A stretch of 63,447 nt of DNA, filler included, from Octopus bimaculoides (Eukaryota), in NCBI RefSeq assembly GCF_001194135.2. It is 6 parts of 6 records of this genome, joined end to end, with 100 filler letters (N's around TTAATTAATTAA, not from the genome) between each part and the next. Parts side by side here need not be neighbours in the genome. Positions count along the whole stretch, not along the records: positions 45,841 to 54,425 come from NC_068987.1; positions 54,526 to 59,829 come from NC_069005.1; positions 59,930 to 62,123 come from NC_068990.1; 3 more parts are not named here. The stretch is one strand, 5' to 3'. The notes beneath the pieces were generated by a model, which saw nothing but the letters and a program-made list of their open reading frames with translations, had not been told where the DNA came from and ran no database searches. The first letter of the stretch is position 1, and the number at the start of each line of letters is the position of its first letter. This document shows positions 48,531-62,123 of the stretch, in pieces. The position numbers and the translations under genes were made by a program.

Positions 48531-51500
48531 ATATACATTTATAGCATTCGTGAATACTATTTTTATAAGTAAGATATTTGTCTTAATATTTTTATACAGA
48601 TTTAGGGCAGTGAGCTGGCGTAATCGTTAGCACGCTGGAGGAAAATTGAGCGTCGGATATTTTATACATATCACGTTCTCAGTTCATATCTCGACTGAGT
48701 TAAATTTGTGTTACTATTGCCACCACTATAATTCCAATTAACTCAGCGTTACGAAATGGAGTCGGTTAAAGCCATAAATGCAGCGCCTCAGTCCTCTCCT
48801 TTAGTATCAGGATTAGGAGTATTGGACAAGACAGCGGTAATAGCGGGAGATGTAGTCCTCACAGCAGATATGGTAGTTTTAGCATTAAGAGTAGTTACCG
48901 CTTCACTCCTACAGTGGTAAATACGCTGACAAGATTTCGTTATGAGTTGTTTCTTTTAAAATTTAACTTCAATTTATTTTCTTATGCATGATTAGGTTTC
49001 TTAAAATAAATGAAACCGGTTGATTATTTTAATAAACATGTAAATATTTTTGCGTTATTATTCATGACAAATTTCACAATCCATCTTTCTACCTTTTCTT
49101 TTTATATCTTTGTTTCACTGTGTCTGCGTGTATGTGTGTGTGTGCGTGTGTATTTTTGCGTATGTATGTGTGAGTGTGTGTGTGACTTGCGTATGGCAAA
49201 TTATTCATGTTTCCGTTTTATAAAGATGTCCATGAAGCAATTACCATCCATATGAATATGATGCCGTATATTTATTCTTCCTTCTTTAAGCCACAGTCTG
49301 TGTAGATTCTTAGGCAGCAACATCGGTGTATTTTTTTCATTTGCGAATTCCAGACGGCATATTTTGTTTCGGGATGTAAACGTGCTGGAAACCCAACTGC
49401 ATTTGCGGTTCTTGGCACGATATATTTTTACCTCGTTAAATAAAAATTGTTTTTTTTTTCTGTTATATTTGTTGTTATTAATATATCTGAAAGGTATTGA
49501 AAATCCCAATGTTCCAGAGAATGTTACAGTATCTTGTCTTAACTATACGTTTCTACATTTGATAGACTATACTGCAGTCCAGCTCGCGCGGTTGTTCTAG
49601 CTTTCAAACTCAATGACAGATGTTAGATATTATAAGACCCCCATAATCATAGATGCTTATACGTGCGTGTATATGTGTTAAAGTGAATGTGGTGTGGATG
49701 ATTGATGCATGTGAGATATGTTTATTATTGCATATTTTCCCACTTTAGAGTAGAGTCTAATGTATTTTGGCCTCTGCTCGTTCACATGTACTGAAGCAAT
49801 GTTCTTGTTAACACAGCACTGGATTATCTCCTACTTGACTTCTGAATGACACTAAATGGCAAATAAGCACGATTAGGATAAGTAATCCAGCCACCTGAAC
49901 CATGACATTTTCCATTGTTCAGGTTTCTGAAGTCATTCAAGTGTAAATTATTTATAAAAGTTTTCATACGAGACAAAATCGTTCACGGTGTATTTTAATA
50001 GATTTTTTCTGCTTCGATGTAAGCATTTTTCTATATAAAAAGAGTATATACGGTACATGTTCACTCGGCACAACACACATACAAACACATATACACACAT
50101 ACACATACACACACAGACACACACACACACACACACACGCACACACACACACACACANNNNNNNNNNNNNNNNNNNNNNNNNNNNNNNNNNNNNNNNNNN
50201 NNNNNNNNNNNNNNNNNNNNNNNNNNNNNNNNNNNNNNNNNNNNNNNNNNNNNNNNNNNNNNNNNNNNNNNNNNNNNNNNNNNNNNNNNNNNNNNNNNNN
50301 NNNNNNNNNNNNNNNNNNNNNNNNNNNNNNNNNNNNNNNNNNNNNNNNNNNNNNNNNNNNNNNNNNNNNNNNNNNNNNNNNNNNNNNNNNNNNNNNNNNN
50401 NNNNNNNNNNNNNNNNNNNNNNNNNNNNNNNNNNNNNNNNNNNNNNNNNNNNNNNNNNNNNNNNNNNNNNNNNNNNNNNNNNNNNNNNNNNNNNNNNNNN
50501 NNNNNNNNNNNNNNNNNNNNNNNNNNNNNNNNNNNNNNNNNNNNNNNNNNNATACACATACATATATTTACACATATATATACATATGAAATTTCGTGTT
50601 AAGAATGAATGCTGTAGAATGATTTGATTTCATATTTCATTCATTGATCTTCATCGCTGCGTCCATATTTCGTTGAAAATTTGTTCTAACTGAACTTGAA
50701 ATCCATTCATTGATATTTACGTCTTTTACTTAAGCTACTTCTAGACAATACCGCAAGTACACACAGTGAAAACGTATGATAGTTTTTCAATATTTAAAAG
50801 GTTTTCACTGTTGTATATGTCGATAGATAGTTACATGAATTTAATATCTGCTCTTTGATCTAGTATTTTAATTCTTATATCTCTGTATAATAATGTCATG
50901 CATTCGAACGCTTCAGCAAAGTGCACTAAATTTGCTAAGAGGAAGTTTCCATGTATTTGTTCGAATATATGTACAGACAATGTGAATGGCAGGCAACACT
51001 TATCTAACACGAAGTTTGGTTTTTTTTTCTTAAAAGAAAGCACTTTCATGAGAACGGAAAGGCTGCAGTGACATGGGCATGAAAACTTTGTTATCACTGT
51101 GAGTGACGACTTGTCAACATAACATTTTAAAGGCCATGAACTATATGCATGTTAAGTTAAGAGGCATTCGCTCACATTTTTCTGTGGCATTTATTAAATC
51201 AGTTATGGCAACTCTGTTGGCTTTACAGGTTGTGGCATTACAATTGTATTTTAACATTGACTTTCACTCATTTGTCGACAAAATATCTTTACAGTATTAC
51301 ACCAAACTCGATAAATGAAAAGACAGCGTACCGAAGATCATTTCTATTTCGCTTATACACACAATCAGACGCACAAACACGCACACACGCACGCACACAC
51401 ACACACACACACACACAGACGCACACACACACACACACACACACACACGTATACACACACATAAACATTCACGTACATGTATATATAATATAAGTGTGCA

Positions 51501-51580
51501 AAGAGATGGAGGTCAGATTACGTGTGAGTGTTAAGGGGAACAACTGTAGTCTGACGTATGAGTGTGTGTGTTTGCTTGCT

Positions 51581-51622
<42 letters not shown>

Positions 51623-51724
51623 AAGATATTCTGTACATTAAGAACTGAGGAATTATGTACATTATTTACATTATTTACATTTAACGAATATTTGTTCTCA
51701 TCTTGTTTCTTGTTAACGCAACGT

Positions 51725-51885
51725 TTTGGCTGATATACCCTCCAGCCTTCTAGGGTGGAAATGATAGTCGACTTTGTCTTTCACCTTTCCGGAGCGGATG
51801 AAATAAGTACCAGTTACACACTGGGGTGGATGAAATCAACTATCCTCTTCCCTAAAATTTTAGACCTTGTGCCTATAGTAGAAAA
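51725..51885 (+). mobile_element. SINE family A fragment
   Basis: gtcgactttgtctttcacctttcc...aaataagtaccagttacacactgggg. Confidence 0.75.
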
Positions 51886-52619
51886 TAACTGTCATTTGCA
51901 GTTACACATGATTACTTGCTTAGCATTTCTAGTTTAGCTTGAGTGATTTTGAAAAACCTGGTTAATGTTAAATTGTTGAGAATGATAAATGGCAATTATT
52001 TACTGTTATGACATAAGATATAGCTTGGAGACTTAAGGAAAAAAAATCATAGTTTTTCAGTCACAAATTTGATATCTGGAAACAACGGAAATGTGACATG
52101 TGAAATTTGAGAAGTTTATAATTAGATAATCATTTATTTTTATTTCTGCATGAAATAAGATATGCTATATCCAATTTGAAGAAACCAGTGATTGAGTGGA
52201 TAAAACATAATTTGAAAATGTCAAATAAATAGATGTATTCTAAACTTATTGATTTCTTACATCAACATATAACAGTCTGATCTGGCGTTGGAATTAGACA
52301 AGATTACACAACATCCATAATAATACTAATACTTAAGTGAATTGCTTAAATTTAAATGGAATTAGAAGACTAGAAATCGAGCGCTTCTTTCGAAAGTACA
52401 ACTTATCTGCGTTTCTTTAAATTTGATATTTTATAATCACAAAAAGCCATAGTTATGCCGCAGTAAAAATAAGATCTTACGGTTAACGTACACGATGTCT
52501 CCACGATTGACTTAAGTTTGCATCATTTCAAATAGCATAACACTTTGTTTGTGGAATTTATTTCTCACCACTGCGTTACATCATTACGCTGTATCCGTTA
52601 CTTTTACTTTTCTTTTCAG

Positions 52620-52667
52620 TCCAGGGAAGCAGACCTAAGTGTAAGACGTTCGCTTCACAGTCACGAG
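52620..52667 (+). CDS. candidate 48-nt phase 1-1 exon
   Basis: Strong acceptor ttttacttttcttttcag; QGSRPKCKTFASQSR is open in the frame that joins 52849; donor GAG|gtagtc (alternative at 52640|gtaaga keeps frame). Confidence 0.35.
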
Positions 52668-52848
52668 GTAGTCTGTGCTAGAGATTTCTGTATTAACTAA
52701 GAGTTGAACGAGGTGTTGTAAATGAGATTTGCTAAACGGAATGTCGCCATAAGCAACTTGAATTTCGAAAATGCGAACCTATATCTATGGAGTTGTATAT
52801 GCATATATCTACTTCTCTCTCTCCCCCCCTCTCTCTCTTGTGTGCTAG

Positions 52849-53171
52849 ACCGCGTAGGTAAAAGACGACGGCTCCTACAAGTTACGATAAAACAAATTGT
52901 TATTTATCATGGTCATGATCGAAGAAGTAGAGATTTTGGTAAACATTTTCATGGAATAGAGCAGAGGGCAGTCGATCTAGAGGCAGTCAAAATGCGCAAT
53001 GTATGGACCATATCAAGATCTGGTTGGAAAAGATTTGCAAGGAAACTAGAAAGCGTGAACCTAATCGGGAAGACTTTCGGTATAGTGTCATCAATGCGCT
53101 ACAGGGATTTGGTATATGAAGACGACGAAATACCAAGAGAGAAAGAGTTACGTAAACTCAAACATAGGCAG
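52849..53171 (+). CDS. coding exon of an unidentified host protein
   Basis: 107 open codons of non-repetitive sequence (RVGKRRRLLQ...WTISRSGWKRFARKLESVNLIGKTFG...KLKHRQ), pyrimidine tract plus ag at 52847-52848, donor CAG|gtacac; other frames examined are closed; no TE motif recognised. Confidence 0.7.
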
Positions 53172-54356
53172 GTACACACGCGCCTGTATGCACGGTGTGC
53201 GTGTGTACATAAATGTAATAACTCAAAACAATCGCCTCTTTAATCAAACACATATGACGGCATTTTGTTTTTGTCTGAGATATGCTATTTATGTGAAGAT
53301 CTAATCCCCGTCTTCTATTATGAGCTCAACAAAATAAACAAAATAAACAACAGAATGATTATTGAACATTATACTAAATTGTTTAATGTATTGAATGTTG
53401 CGTCAATCCATTTGGATGAATGACGAAAGCTTAGCGATGTAATTCATTCGACAGATCATGTATTGAGATTGTGTGTAACAGTTTCGTGAATCACAATCAA
53501 TATCGTACAATGGGTTTTAGTTTCCAACATAAATTTATACACCGTAAAAAGAAAACTTGCTACTAATCGAGACAGATGACCAGAAACCTTTAGGGAGTGG
53601 GTACGTCCAGACCTTCCACTCACAATGCAACACTTAGAAAGCTTGAGCAAATACTGCAATGCATTTTTCCCGACAATTTGGTGTTTCTGCCATTCTCTCA
53701 GCTTCATTCAAGCTATTCAATATACTGAGATGAATATTATGTATGTTGCATTGTTTTTATAAACAAAATATATCTTTATTGTTGATTCTAACAAGAAGAG
53801 TAAATATATATTTCGTTCCGGTAAACAAAGCGCAATATACAATGTTTATCTGAATATACTGAATAAATCGATAAAATCCTTCACATATATGTTAGAAAGA
53901 TAAAACCATTCAGATATTAGCATGATAAACATTTGTCAAAAACAGTTTTCATATATCGATTTGATCGATGAAATCAAGAAACTTTAAGAAACTATATAAA
54001 TGAAATATGGCGTAAGTTGGTTTTTAAATAATTCGAAAAGGAAAATATAGCAACACAGAGGCCGAATCGCAGATTTGTATACAGCCAATTAGCAGGTACA
54101 GTGTGCTATGGATATTCCACGTTAGTTCCGATCAATATTCCTCTTAAAGTAAATGTGCATCTGTACCTGTTAGCTGTACATACATTATAGAGCTTTACTG
54201 CTACAATGAAAGCAAAGTGTTTTATTATCATTTTGTACGTGAATAAATCAGAAATATTGCAACAGTAAAGTGACTAATATTCATAATGTTTAGCGATAGT
54301 ATAAATATATATATGTGAATACATACCATGCGTTAGAACTCGATATATGTACATGA

Positions 54357-54425
<69 letters not shown>

Positions 54426-54552
54426 NNNNNNNNNNNNNNNNNNNNNNNNNNNNNNNNNNNNNNNNNNNNTTAATTAATTAANNNNNNNNNNNNNNNNNNN
54501 NNNNNNNNNNNNNNNNNNNNNNNNNATATATATATATATATATATATATATA

Positions 54553-54710
54553 TACGACGGGATTCTTTCAGTTTCCGTCTACCAAATCCACTCACAAGGC
54601 TTTGGTCGGCCCGAGGCTATAGCAGAAGATACTTGCCCAATGTGCCACGCAGTGGGACTGAACCTGGAACCATGTGGTTCGTAAGCAAGCTACTTACCAC
54701 ACGCCCACTA
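54553..54710 (-). mobile_element. SINE family B head and core
   Basis: ctttcagtttccgtctaccaaatccactcacaaggctttggtcggcccgaggctatag...gtgggactgaacc. Confidence 0.9.
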
Positions 54711-55019
54711 TTGTGAAGTCCTTAGAAAACCTACTTAGCATTAATCACATCAAGTAATATTTCATCCCTTTTAGAAACCTTCAGCATGACTTACCCTGTA
54801 AGTTTATTAATTAAATATATTACCAAGAGAGACATTTCAGTTAAACTTACGATTAAGTTAATTACAGCGGGGAGAAAATTTATGGAATGCTTTCTGTTTG
54901 AATTCTTCACACAACGTTTTAAGTATAAGAATTGAAAGAGAGGAGAAAAAAAGGTTAATTCATAGTTTTTATGTATAGAAAGAGTAATAGCAATTTCTTT
55001 CATGTGTAAGTGTTTTGGA

Positions 55020-55263
55020 GTAGTCTATGCAAATACATACATAAACACATTCATACATACATACATGCATACATGCACACACACACACACATATTTACAT
55101 ACGTATCTATATATACATACATGCCTATATATGTGTGTGTGTATGTGTGCGTTCGTGGGTGTATACATATATGTATATATATATATATATATATATTTGT
55201 ATATATATGCACACATATACATATATATATATATACATATATATGTGTGTATATATATGTATA

Positions 55264-55312
<49 letters not shown>

Positions 55313-55540
55313 CTAATTATATATACAATATATTTATATACTCTAATTATATATATAATATATATATATGTATATGTACATATATACATATATATACATA
55401 TGTTCATGTATATACATACATATATACACACATATACAGACATAGTTATGCACATACATACACACACATACATACATATATACATACATACACAAATAGT
55501 TACATACATACATACATACACACACATGCATACATACGTG
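55020..55540. repeat. compound (TA)n/(CA)n/(CATA)n tract
   Basis: Direct inspection. Confidence 0.95.
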
Positions 55541-55977
55541 CACTAATAGTTACATGCACACTAGCAAGTAATTTATCTTGTAGAAAGAGAAAATGAGGTA
55601 ATTACCAACGAAACCATTTATTTGGCATCACAACATTTAATCGTTGTCGCTTCAATTCGTTCGAGGCTTTCTTAGCGTTACTGAGCCCCGCCTTTCATAC
55701 TTGCAATACATACTGATGACCCCCACCCCCACCACACACACACACAGACACACACACACAGACATATATCTGATACGTATAGACAAACACATATATATAT
55801 ATATAATCTTGCTTCTGCACACACGCGCTCTTATAATCAAACTTGTACACAAACACATACAGACCCACACACATGCACACACATTTGTTTGTTTTAATTC
55901 CAAACACACACGCCTACATACATTTACACACACAAATAAAATACACACACACACATCCTGCAACACACACAGACACA

Positions 55978-56550
55978 GGCGGCGAGCGGGCAGAAACGTT
56001 AAGACGCCGGGTGAAATGCTTAGCGGTATTTCGTCTGCCGCTACGTTCTGAGTTCAAATTCCGCTGAGGTCGATGTTGCCTTTCATCCTTCAAGGGTTGA
56101 TTATCGGATGCTCTGACGACCTTGTCAATACATCGATTTCATAATTATTTCCGAAACAGATACAAAAGCGGAAACAATTTTGAGGGGTGGGGCACATTTG
56201 ATTAAATCAAACCCTGTGCTTCAATTAGTCAATAGTTTTATGGGCCAGGGAGGGTTGAAAGAGACTGCCAGCTTGGATTAGGCTTGAACTCACAACCTAA
56301 AAACAGGGACAAGTACTTCACGGTAGCTGTCCATCACGCGAACCATTCTTATTTCATGACATTTTTTCGCTGATTAAGGAGGCGAGCTGATCATTTGCAC
56401 GCCGGATAAAATGCTTAGTGGAATTTCGTCCGAGATCGATTTTTTCATCATTTCCGAGTCGATGAAACAAGTCCCAATTGCAAACTGGAGTTGATGTAAT
56501 TGATTAACCCTTTCGCCAAAATTTCAGGGCTTCTGCCCATAGTAGAAAGG
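55978..56550. mobile_element. three SINE family A copies (+ 55978-56100, - 56165-56345, + 56378-56550)
   Basis: Head and core matches in alternating orientation; middle copy degenerate. Confidence 0.7.
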
Positions 56551-56732
56551 ACCATTTTTTTTTACCTGAATATAAAATCATATAAAAGTGCTAGGCATTA
56601 CGCTCACAGGTGGTTGTTTGACATGCTAGAAACAACAGCCGTATCTCATTTGAATCATATCACCATAACTGTTTTACTGCGGAAATCAGATATATCTCCT
56701 CAAAGTTTTATTACCCGTAACTTTTAAAGAAC

Positions 56733-57060
56733 CCCTTCGGTCATGAATGACCATGGGTTTACACCTAGAAAGTTCCCCTTCGAAGCACAAGTCCGGGCAA
56801 GTTTGTTTAGGGAAGGCCCGCAGTCATATGTGCATACCAGCCTCCGCTCTCCACGCCACTGATGTTAGCCAAGGGAACGACAAAGGGGCCGATACAGCTT
56901 AGCACCAGTGACGTTACAACTCATTTGTACAGATGAGTGAAGTGGGGCAATGTGAAATAACATCGTTTTGCTCAAAAGCACAACACACACACACAGCCTG
57001 GTCCGGGAATCGAACTCACTACTTCATGATTGTGAGCCCGGCGCTCTAACCACAGCCATG
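56733..57060 (-). mobile_element. tRNA-derived SINE family D
   Basis: Minus head catggctgtggttagagcg...gagttcgattcccggacc; body differs from families A-C; tail ggtcattcatgaccgaagg. Confidence 0.75.
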
Positions 57061-57600
57061 GAGAGCAGTTTTATATACAACTCTATACGTTGTTGAGGAA
57101 TCACTTGTTTGAAGCTATTTTTTGTTGAGAAAAGTCAAATTTCGTGAGTCAGCATGACTTGCAGAAAATACCAATTCTAATTATTTGGTCGATGTTTAAC
57201 ATAATTACTAGAATAACCATGAAATTTAATTTCACGGTGAAACGGTTAAAACATTTCAATTATGTTGGATAACACAGGCCTAGAAACACAAAATAAAAAG
57301 TCAGGCGACTCACGTCTTAAATAGATTTGAATAACAGCAAGCGGGTAGAGTTTTATGGCTGGATGAACGAAACTGTGTGAGTTGGTGTGCCTGTTTCTGC
57401 GTACGTACGCATGTATGCATGTGTGTATGTATGTATGTATGTATGCATGTATGCATGTATGCATGTATGTATGTATACATGTATGTATGTATGTATGTAT
57501 GTATCAATCTGTTGATCCACCAGAAGCGATGAATTACAGAACTCAATAGACACGTAGATTATTCTTTGCTGTAATATAACTGAAAGGTTCCATTTTCTAA

Positions 57601-57843
57601 TACACAGTGTACTGGAATTTGGAGCCTTTCAGGTGGATGTGTGTACGTCCATGTCTACGAAGAAAATACAGGAGGATCAGTTAATTATGATTTTATTCAA
57701 CATATTTCTCAGATTCACACACTATTGCAGTTGTCCTTCAGTTTTTGTAAGCCCTGTGAAAGAACTCGGAAGTTTGGGCCTCCAGCCAGGCATTTTGTGA
57801 TGCCCTTTAATTCCATGAACTTTTTAGCACCCCCCCCCTCACA
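57601..57843. mobile_element. mariner-derived MITE (same family as 10669-10873)
   Basis: gaaaatacaggaggatcagttaatt...ctcagattcacaca...gaactttttagcaccccccc. Confidence 0.65.
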
Positions 57844-57960
57844 TGCTTATTTTGCGTATCTTTATGTACCGTAATTTCGTGGTTCGATAAATATAGATCG
57901 ATAAATATGTACAAGTATAAACCTTAAGCGTGATAGCCTAGAGATGCTGCNNNNNNNNNN

Positions 57961-57986
57961 GTGAGAGAGAGAGAGAGAGAGAGAGA

Positions 57987-58017
<31 letters not shown>

Positions 58018-58251
58018 AGAGAGAGAGAGAGCCAAAGTGATAATATAAGAGAGAGAAAGAAAAGGAAAGAAAAAAGGAAGAAAAAGGAAGGAAAAAAGAA
58101 AAAAAGAAAAAGAAAAAAAGAAAAAAAGGAAAGAAAAAAGTGGAAATGGAGAAGTAAAAGCAAAACTAGAAGAAAAAGAAGAAAAAGAAAAGGAGAAGAG
58201 GACGATAAAGAAGAAGATGATGATGATGATGAACGAAAGAGAATAACACAA

Positions 58252-58286
<35 letters not shown>

Positions 58287-59242
58287 ACAAGAAGAAAAAG
58301 AAGTAGAAGAAAAAGTGGAAGAAGAACACGACGACGACGGCGATTATGATGATGATGATGATGATGACGATGACGACGACGAACGGAAACCAAATAACTC
58401 AGCAACAACAAAAGGAAGCAGTAAATTTGCTATTTCATCTCGGTAAAAGTGCGAGGACAAAAGTTTGCTAAAACAAATAACACCTGCTTAATTAAATAAT
58501 CAAACTAATTATTAATTATTTAATTAGCACTTTCTCCATTCATTGAAAAATCAGCTTCTTTGCAAATTAAAAATCGTTAGAGAGCAGAGCTTTCCCAGAG
58601 CACAATCCGGTGTGACAAGATCAAATGTGTACCATCACTGATGTTTAGTGAAGGTCAGACATGACAGATCGTAATTAAGATGTAAAAAAAGAAAAAAAAA
58701 AGCTGAAACCAACTCGGGTAGTTCGCGTTTTTTGTGTGTGTGTGGGGGGGCGTTTGTATATCCACGTGTAACAGTTTCAATTGATGGCAGCAGTTTGTGA
58801 ATTTCGGTTGATGGGGCTAAGAAGAAGGAGAAGAAGAAGAAGAAGAAGAAGAAGAAGAAGAAGAGGAACTAGAAGAAGAAGAAGAAAAAAGGGGAAGAAG
58901 TAGAAGNNNNNNNNNNNNNNNNNNNNNNNNNNNNNNNNNNNNNNNNNNNNNNNNNNNNNNNNNNNNNNNNNNNNNNNNNNNNNNNNNNNNNNNNNNNNNN
59001 NNNNNNNNNNNNNNNAGAAGAAGAAGAAGAAGAAGAAGAAGGAGGAGGAGGAGGAGGAGGAGGAGGAAGAGCAGGAGAAGAAGAAGAAGAAAAAGAAGAA
59101 GGAGAAGAAGAAGAAGGAGAAGAAGAAGAAGAAGAAGAAGAAGAAGAAGAAGAGGAACTAGAAGAAGAAGAAGAAAAAAGGGGAAGAAGTAGAAGAAGAG
59201 GAAGACGATAATGATGATGATGAACGAAAAAGAATAACACAA

Positions 59243-59286
<44 letters not shown>

Positions 59287-59510
59287 ATAGTAGCAGTAGT
59301 AATAGTAGTAGTAGTAACAGCAGCAGCAGCAGCAGCAGCAATAGTTCCGTTCGCCGTCATGTTGGTGAGTTACTTGGTTTCCGTTCGTCGTAGGTCGTCG
59401 TCGTCGTCATCATCATCATCGTCATCGACTCCGGTGCAGTTTGATTCGTATTTTTTTTTACGGACAACGAAAACAAGGACAAAAGCAACATTTACAACAA
59501 TAACTCGACG

Positions 59511-59542
<32 letters not shown>

Positions 59543-59560
59543 AAAAACAACAATTACAAC
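57961..59560. repeat. compound microsatellite field (GA, GT, GAA, GAT, TAG, GGA, CAG, CAA)
   Basis: Direct inspection; source of the poly-L/S/T/Q ORFs. Confidence 0.95.
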
Positions 59561-59649
59561 TACGATCATCACCAACACTACGATCACCAACATCTCCACA
59601 AGGGAAACAACTGTTACAACAATAATAGAAACAGCTGCAAGAATAACAG

Positions 59650-59800
59650 TGCTTTATATTATGCGTTCAAGGCCTGAAATGGGAAGTGGGGCTATCAATT
59701 CAACCAACCCCAGTGCTCAACGGGTAATTGGCTTATCGAACCCCGAAAAGAATGAAAGGTAAAGTGGACCTCGTCGGAATTTGAAACTCATATCGGAAAA
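59650..59800 (-). mobile_element. degenerate SINE family A
   Basis: ttatcgaaccccgaaaagaatgaaaggtaaagtggacctcgtcggaatttgaa. Confidence 0.7.
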
Positions 59801-59977
59801 TATTTTATTCAATGCAACAACGACTGTGCNNNNNNNNNNNNNNNNNNNNNNNNNNNNNNNNNNNNNNNNNNNNTTAATTAATTAANNNNNNNNNNNNNNN
59901 NNNNNNNNNNNNNNNNNNNNNNNNNNNNNTATATATATATATGTATATATATATATACATATATGTATGTATGTGCG

Positions 59978-60019
<42 letters not shown>

Positions 60020-60662
60020 GTCAAAACTGTAGCTTTCTCGAGGCATAGTGATAACGAATTAGTTTTAACAAAATAGTGAACAAGACGGAGATCTAGAGTG
60101 TCGGGAAACACTCAACATGGCTTCGGTAATGTACAGTTCAGAATTTCTTAATAAAATTTATAAAACATTTCATTTTTTCTTACGGTAATATCTCTGTCTT
60201 CACTATTTTGTTTATTTACTTCTATTCAGTGAAATATTATCTATATGGGTATATGTATACAGTACGTTTGTGCTTGTGTCTGAATACATCTACGTATGAA
60301 AAATGTTGTGGACACTATAACAATTTTATTACACATATAATTGATGATAATTATAACTACATATGATTACACTTGCATACACACTTTTAATCCACATTAC
60401 AAATACTAAGCAATGCATTTTGATGTCAACATGTCGGTATCTGTACATTCACAACCAACTCTCCTGTAATTGAGAGGTGCTTTGAAAAGCTAATACACAG
60501 TGCTGAAATATCTGCGTCCATCGGCATTGTGAGGAAAAGATACTGGGTCCATGTACCCATAACCTAGTTCATAAACAAGAATAACAGCATTCTAGCATTA
60601 GCATCCATACTGCAGGACAGTAGTGTGAGGATCACTTTTGTAGGATTGCACACTACACTGAC

Positions 60663-60708
<46 letters not shown>

Positions 60709-62078
60709 NNNNNNNNNNNNNNNNNNNNNNNNNNNNNNNNNNNNNNNNNNNNNNNNNNNNNNNNNNNNNNNNNNNNNNNNNNNNNNNNNNNNNNNNNNNN
60801 NNNNNNNNNNNNNNNNNNNNNNNNNNNNNNNNNNNNNNNNNNNNNNNNNNNNNNNNNNNNNNNNNNNNNNNNNNNNNNNNNNNNNNNNNNNNNNNNNNNN
60901 NNNNNNNNNNNNNNNNNNNNNNNNNNNNNNNNNNNNNNNNNNNNNNNNNNNNNNNNNNNNNNNNNNNNNNNNNNNNNNNNNNNNNNNNNNNNNNNNNNNN
61001 NNNNNNNNNNNNNNNNNNNNNNNNNNNNNNNNNNNNNNNNNNNNNNNNNNNNNNNNNNNNNNNNNNNNNNNNNNNNNNNNNNNNNNNNNNNNNNNNNNNN
61101 NNNNNNNNNNNNNNNNNNNNNNNNNNNNNNNNNNNNNNNNNNNNNNNNNNNNNNNNNNNNNNNNNNNNNNNNNNNNNNNNNNNNNNNNNNNNNNNNNNNN
61201 NNNNNNNNNNNNNNNNNNNNNNNNNNNNNNNNNNNNNNNNNNNNNNNNNNNNNNNNNNNNNNNNNNNNNNNNNNNNNNNNNNNNNNNNNNNNNNNNNNNN
61301 NNNNNNNNNNNNNNNNNNNNNNNNNNNNNNNNNNNNNNNNNNNNNNNNNNNNNNNNNNNNNNNNNNNNNNNNNNNNNNNNNNNNNNNNNNNNNNNNNNNN
61401 NNNNNNNNNNNNNNNNNNNNNNNNNNNNNNNNNNNNNNNNNNNNNNNNNNNNNNNNNNNNNNNNNNNNNNNNNNNNNNNNNNNNNNNNNNNNNNNNNNNN
61501 NNNNNNNNNNNNNNTGTCTACGCGCTTGTATACGTTTACGTTTAAACACGAGCATATATGACGGCGGAATGTTTCGGAATAAGAAAAATGTAGTATTAAA
61601 ATTTTTGAAAGAACGCGAAAGGCTAGAAAAGAAAAATACAAATGATATCCGTTTCTCTAGACTTTTAATAAAGGATGGAAAATGCAGAATGCGAATATGA
61701 TAAATTTTAAATCTAGAGCTTTCATCCCAAATAATAGTGACGTTTCTAGGTAAAGTTTTTTCTCTTAAACATTTTTTGTTGTTGATGCAGAGCTGTGTAA
61801 ATTTAGATACTTTTTCATAACTAAAAGGCCTCTTATCATATTTATCATATAGATATATATATATATATGTATCTGTGTGTATCTATATGAATATATGACA
61901 GGTGAGTAAATTCTTCCCCTTACTATGAAAATATTTCAACAAATTTATGTATCATTTCCTTTGTATGATTAAAATCAATCCGTTATATAAAATGATTTGT
62001 TGCAATATTTTCACGTGACGTAACTTCTGAATAGAATTACTTTGGGATTTTGAATGGTTTTATGCTATTACACACATG

Positions 62079-62123
<45 letters not shown>

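Noticed and set aside
54085-54175. Possible miRNA-like hairpin (caggtacag / ctgtacctg)
   Set aside because: Only about 11 bp of stem with a long irregular interior
54791-55596. YIYI, HTHT, CVCV, MYVC and poly-L/S/T/Q ORFs here and throughout
   Set aside because: Translations of di-, tri- and tetranucleotide microsatellites
57630-57874. Plus-strand ORF with an apparent acceptor (ctttcag|gtggat) as the next exon after 53171
   Set aside because: Lies within a mariner-derived MITE homologous to 10669-10873
58861-59195. Identical 45-bp block on both sides of an N-run
   Set aside because: Most likely a contig overlap across the gap in a GAA repeat
60598-61641. Long ORFs of 200-390 aa here and at other gaps (e.g. 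19.9, 23.2, 46.3, 50.0 kb)
   Set aside because: They are open only because N-runs contain no stops
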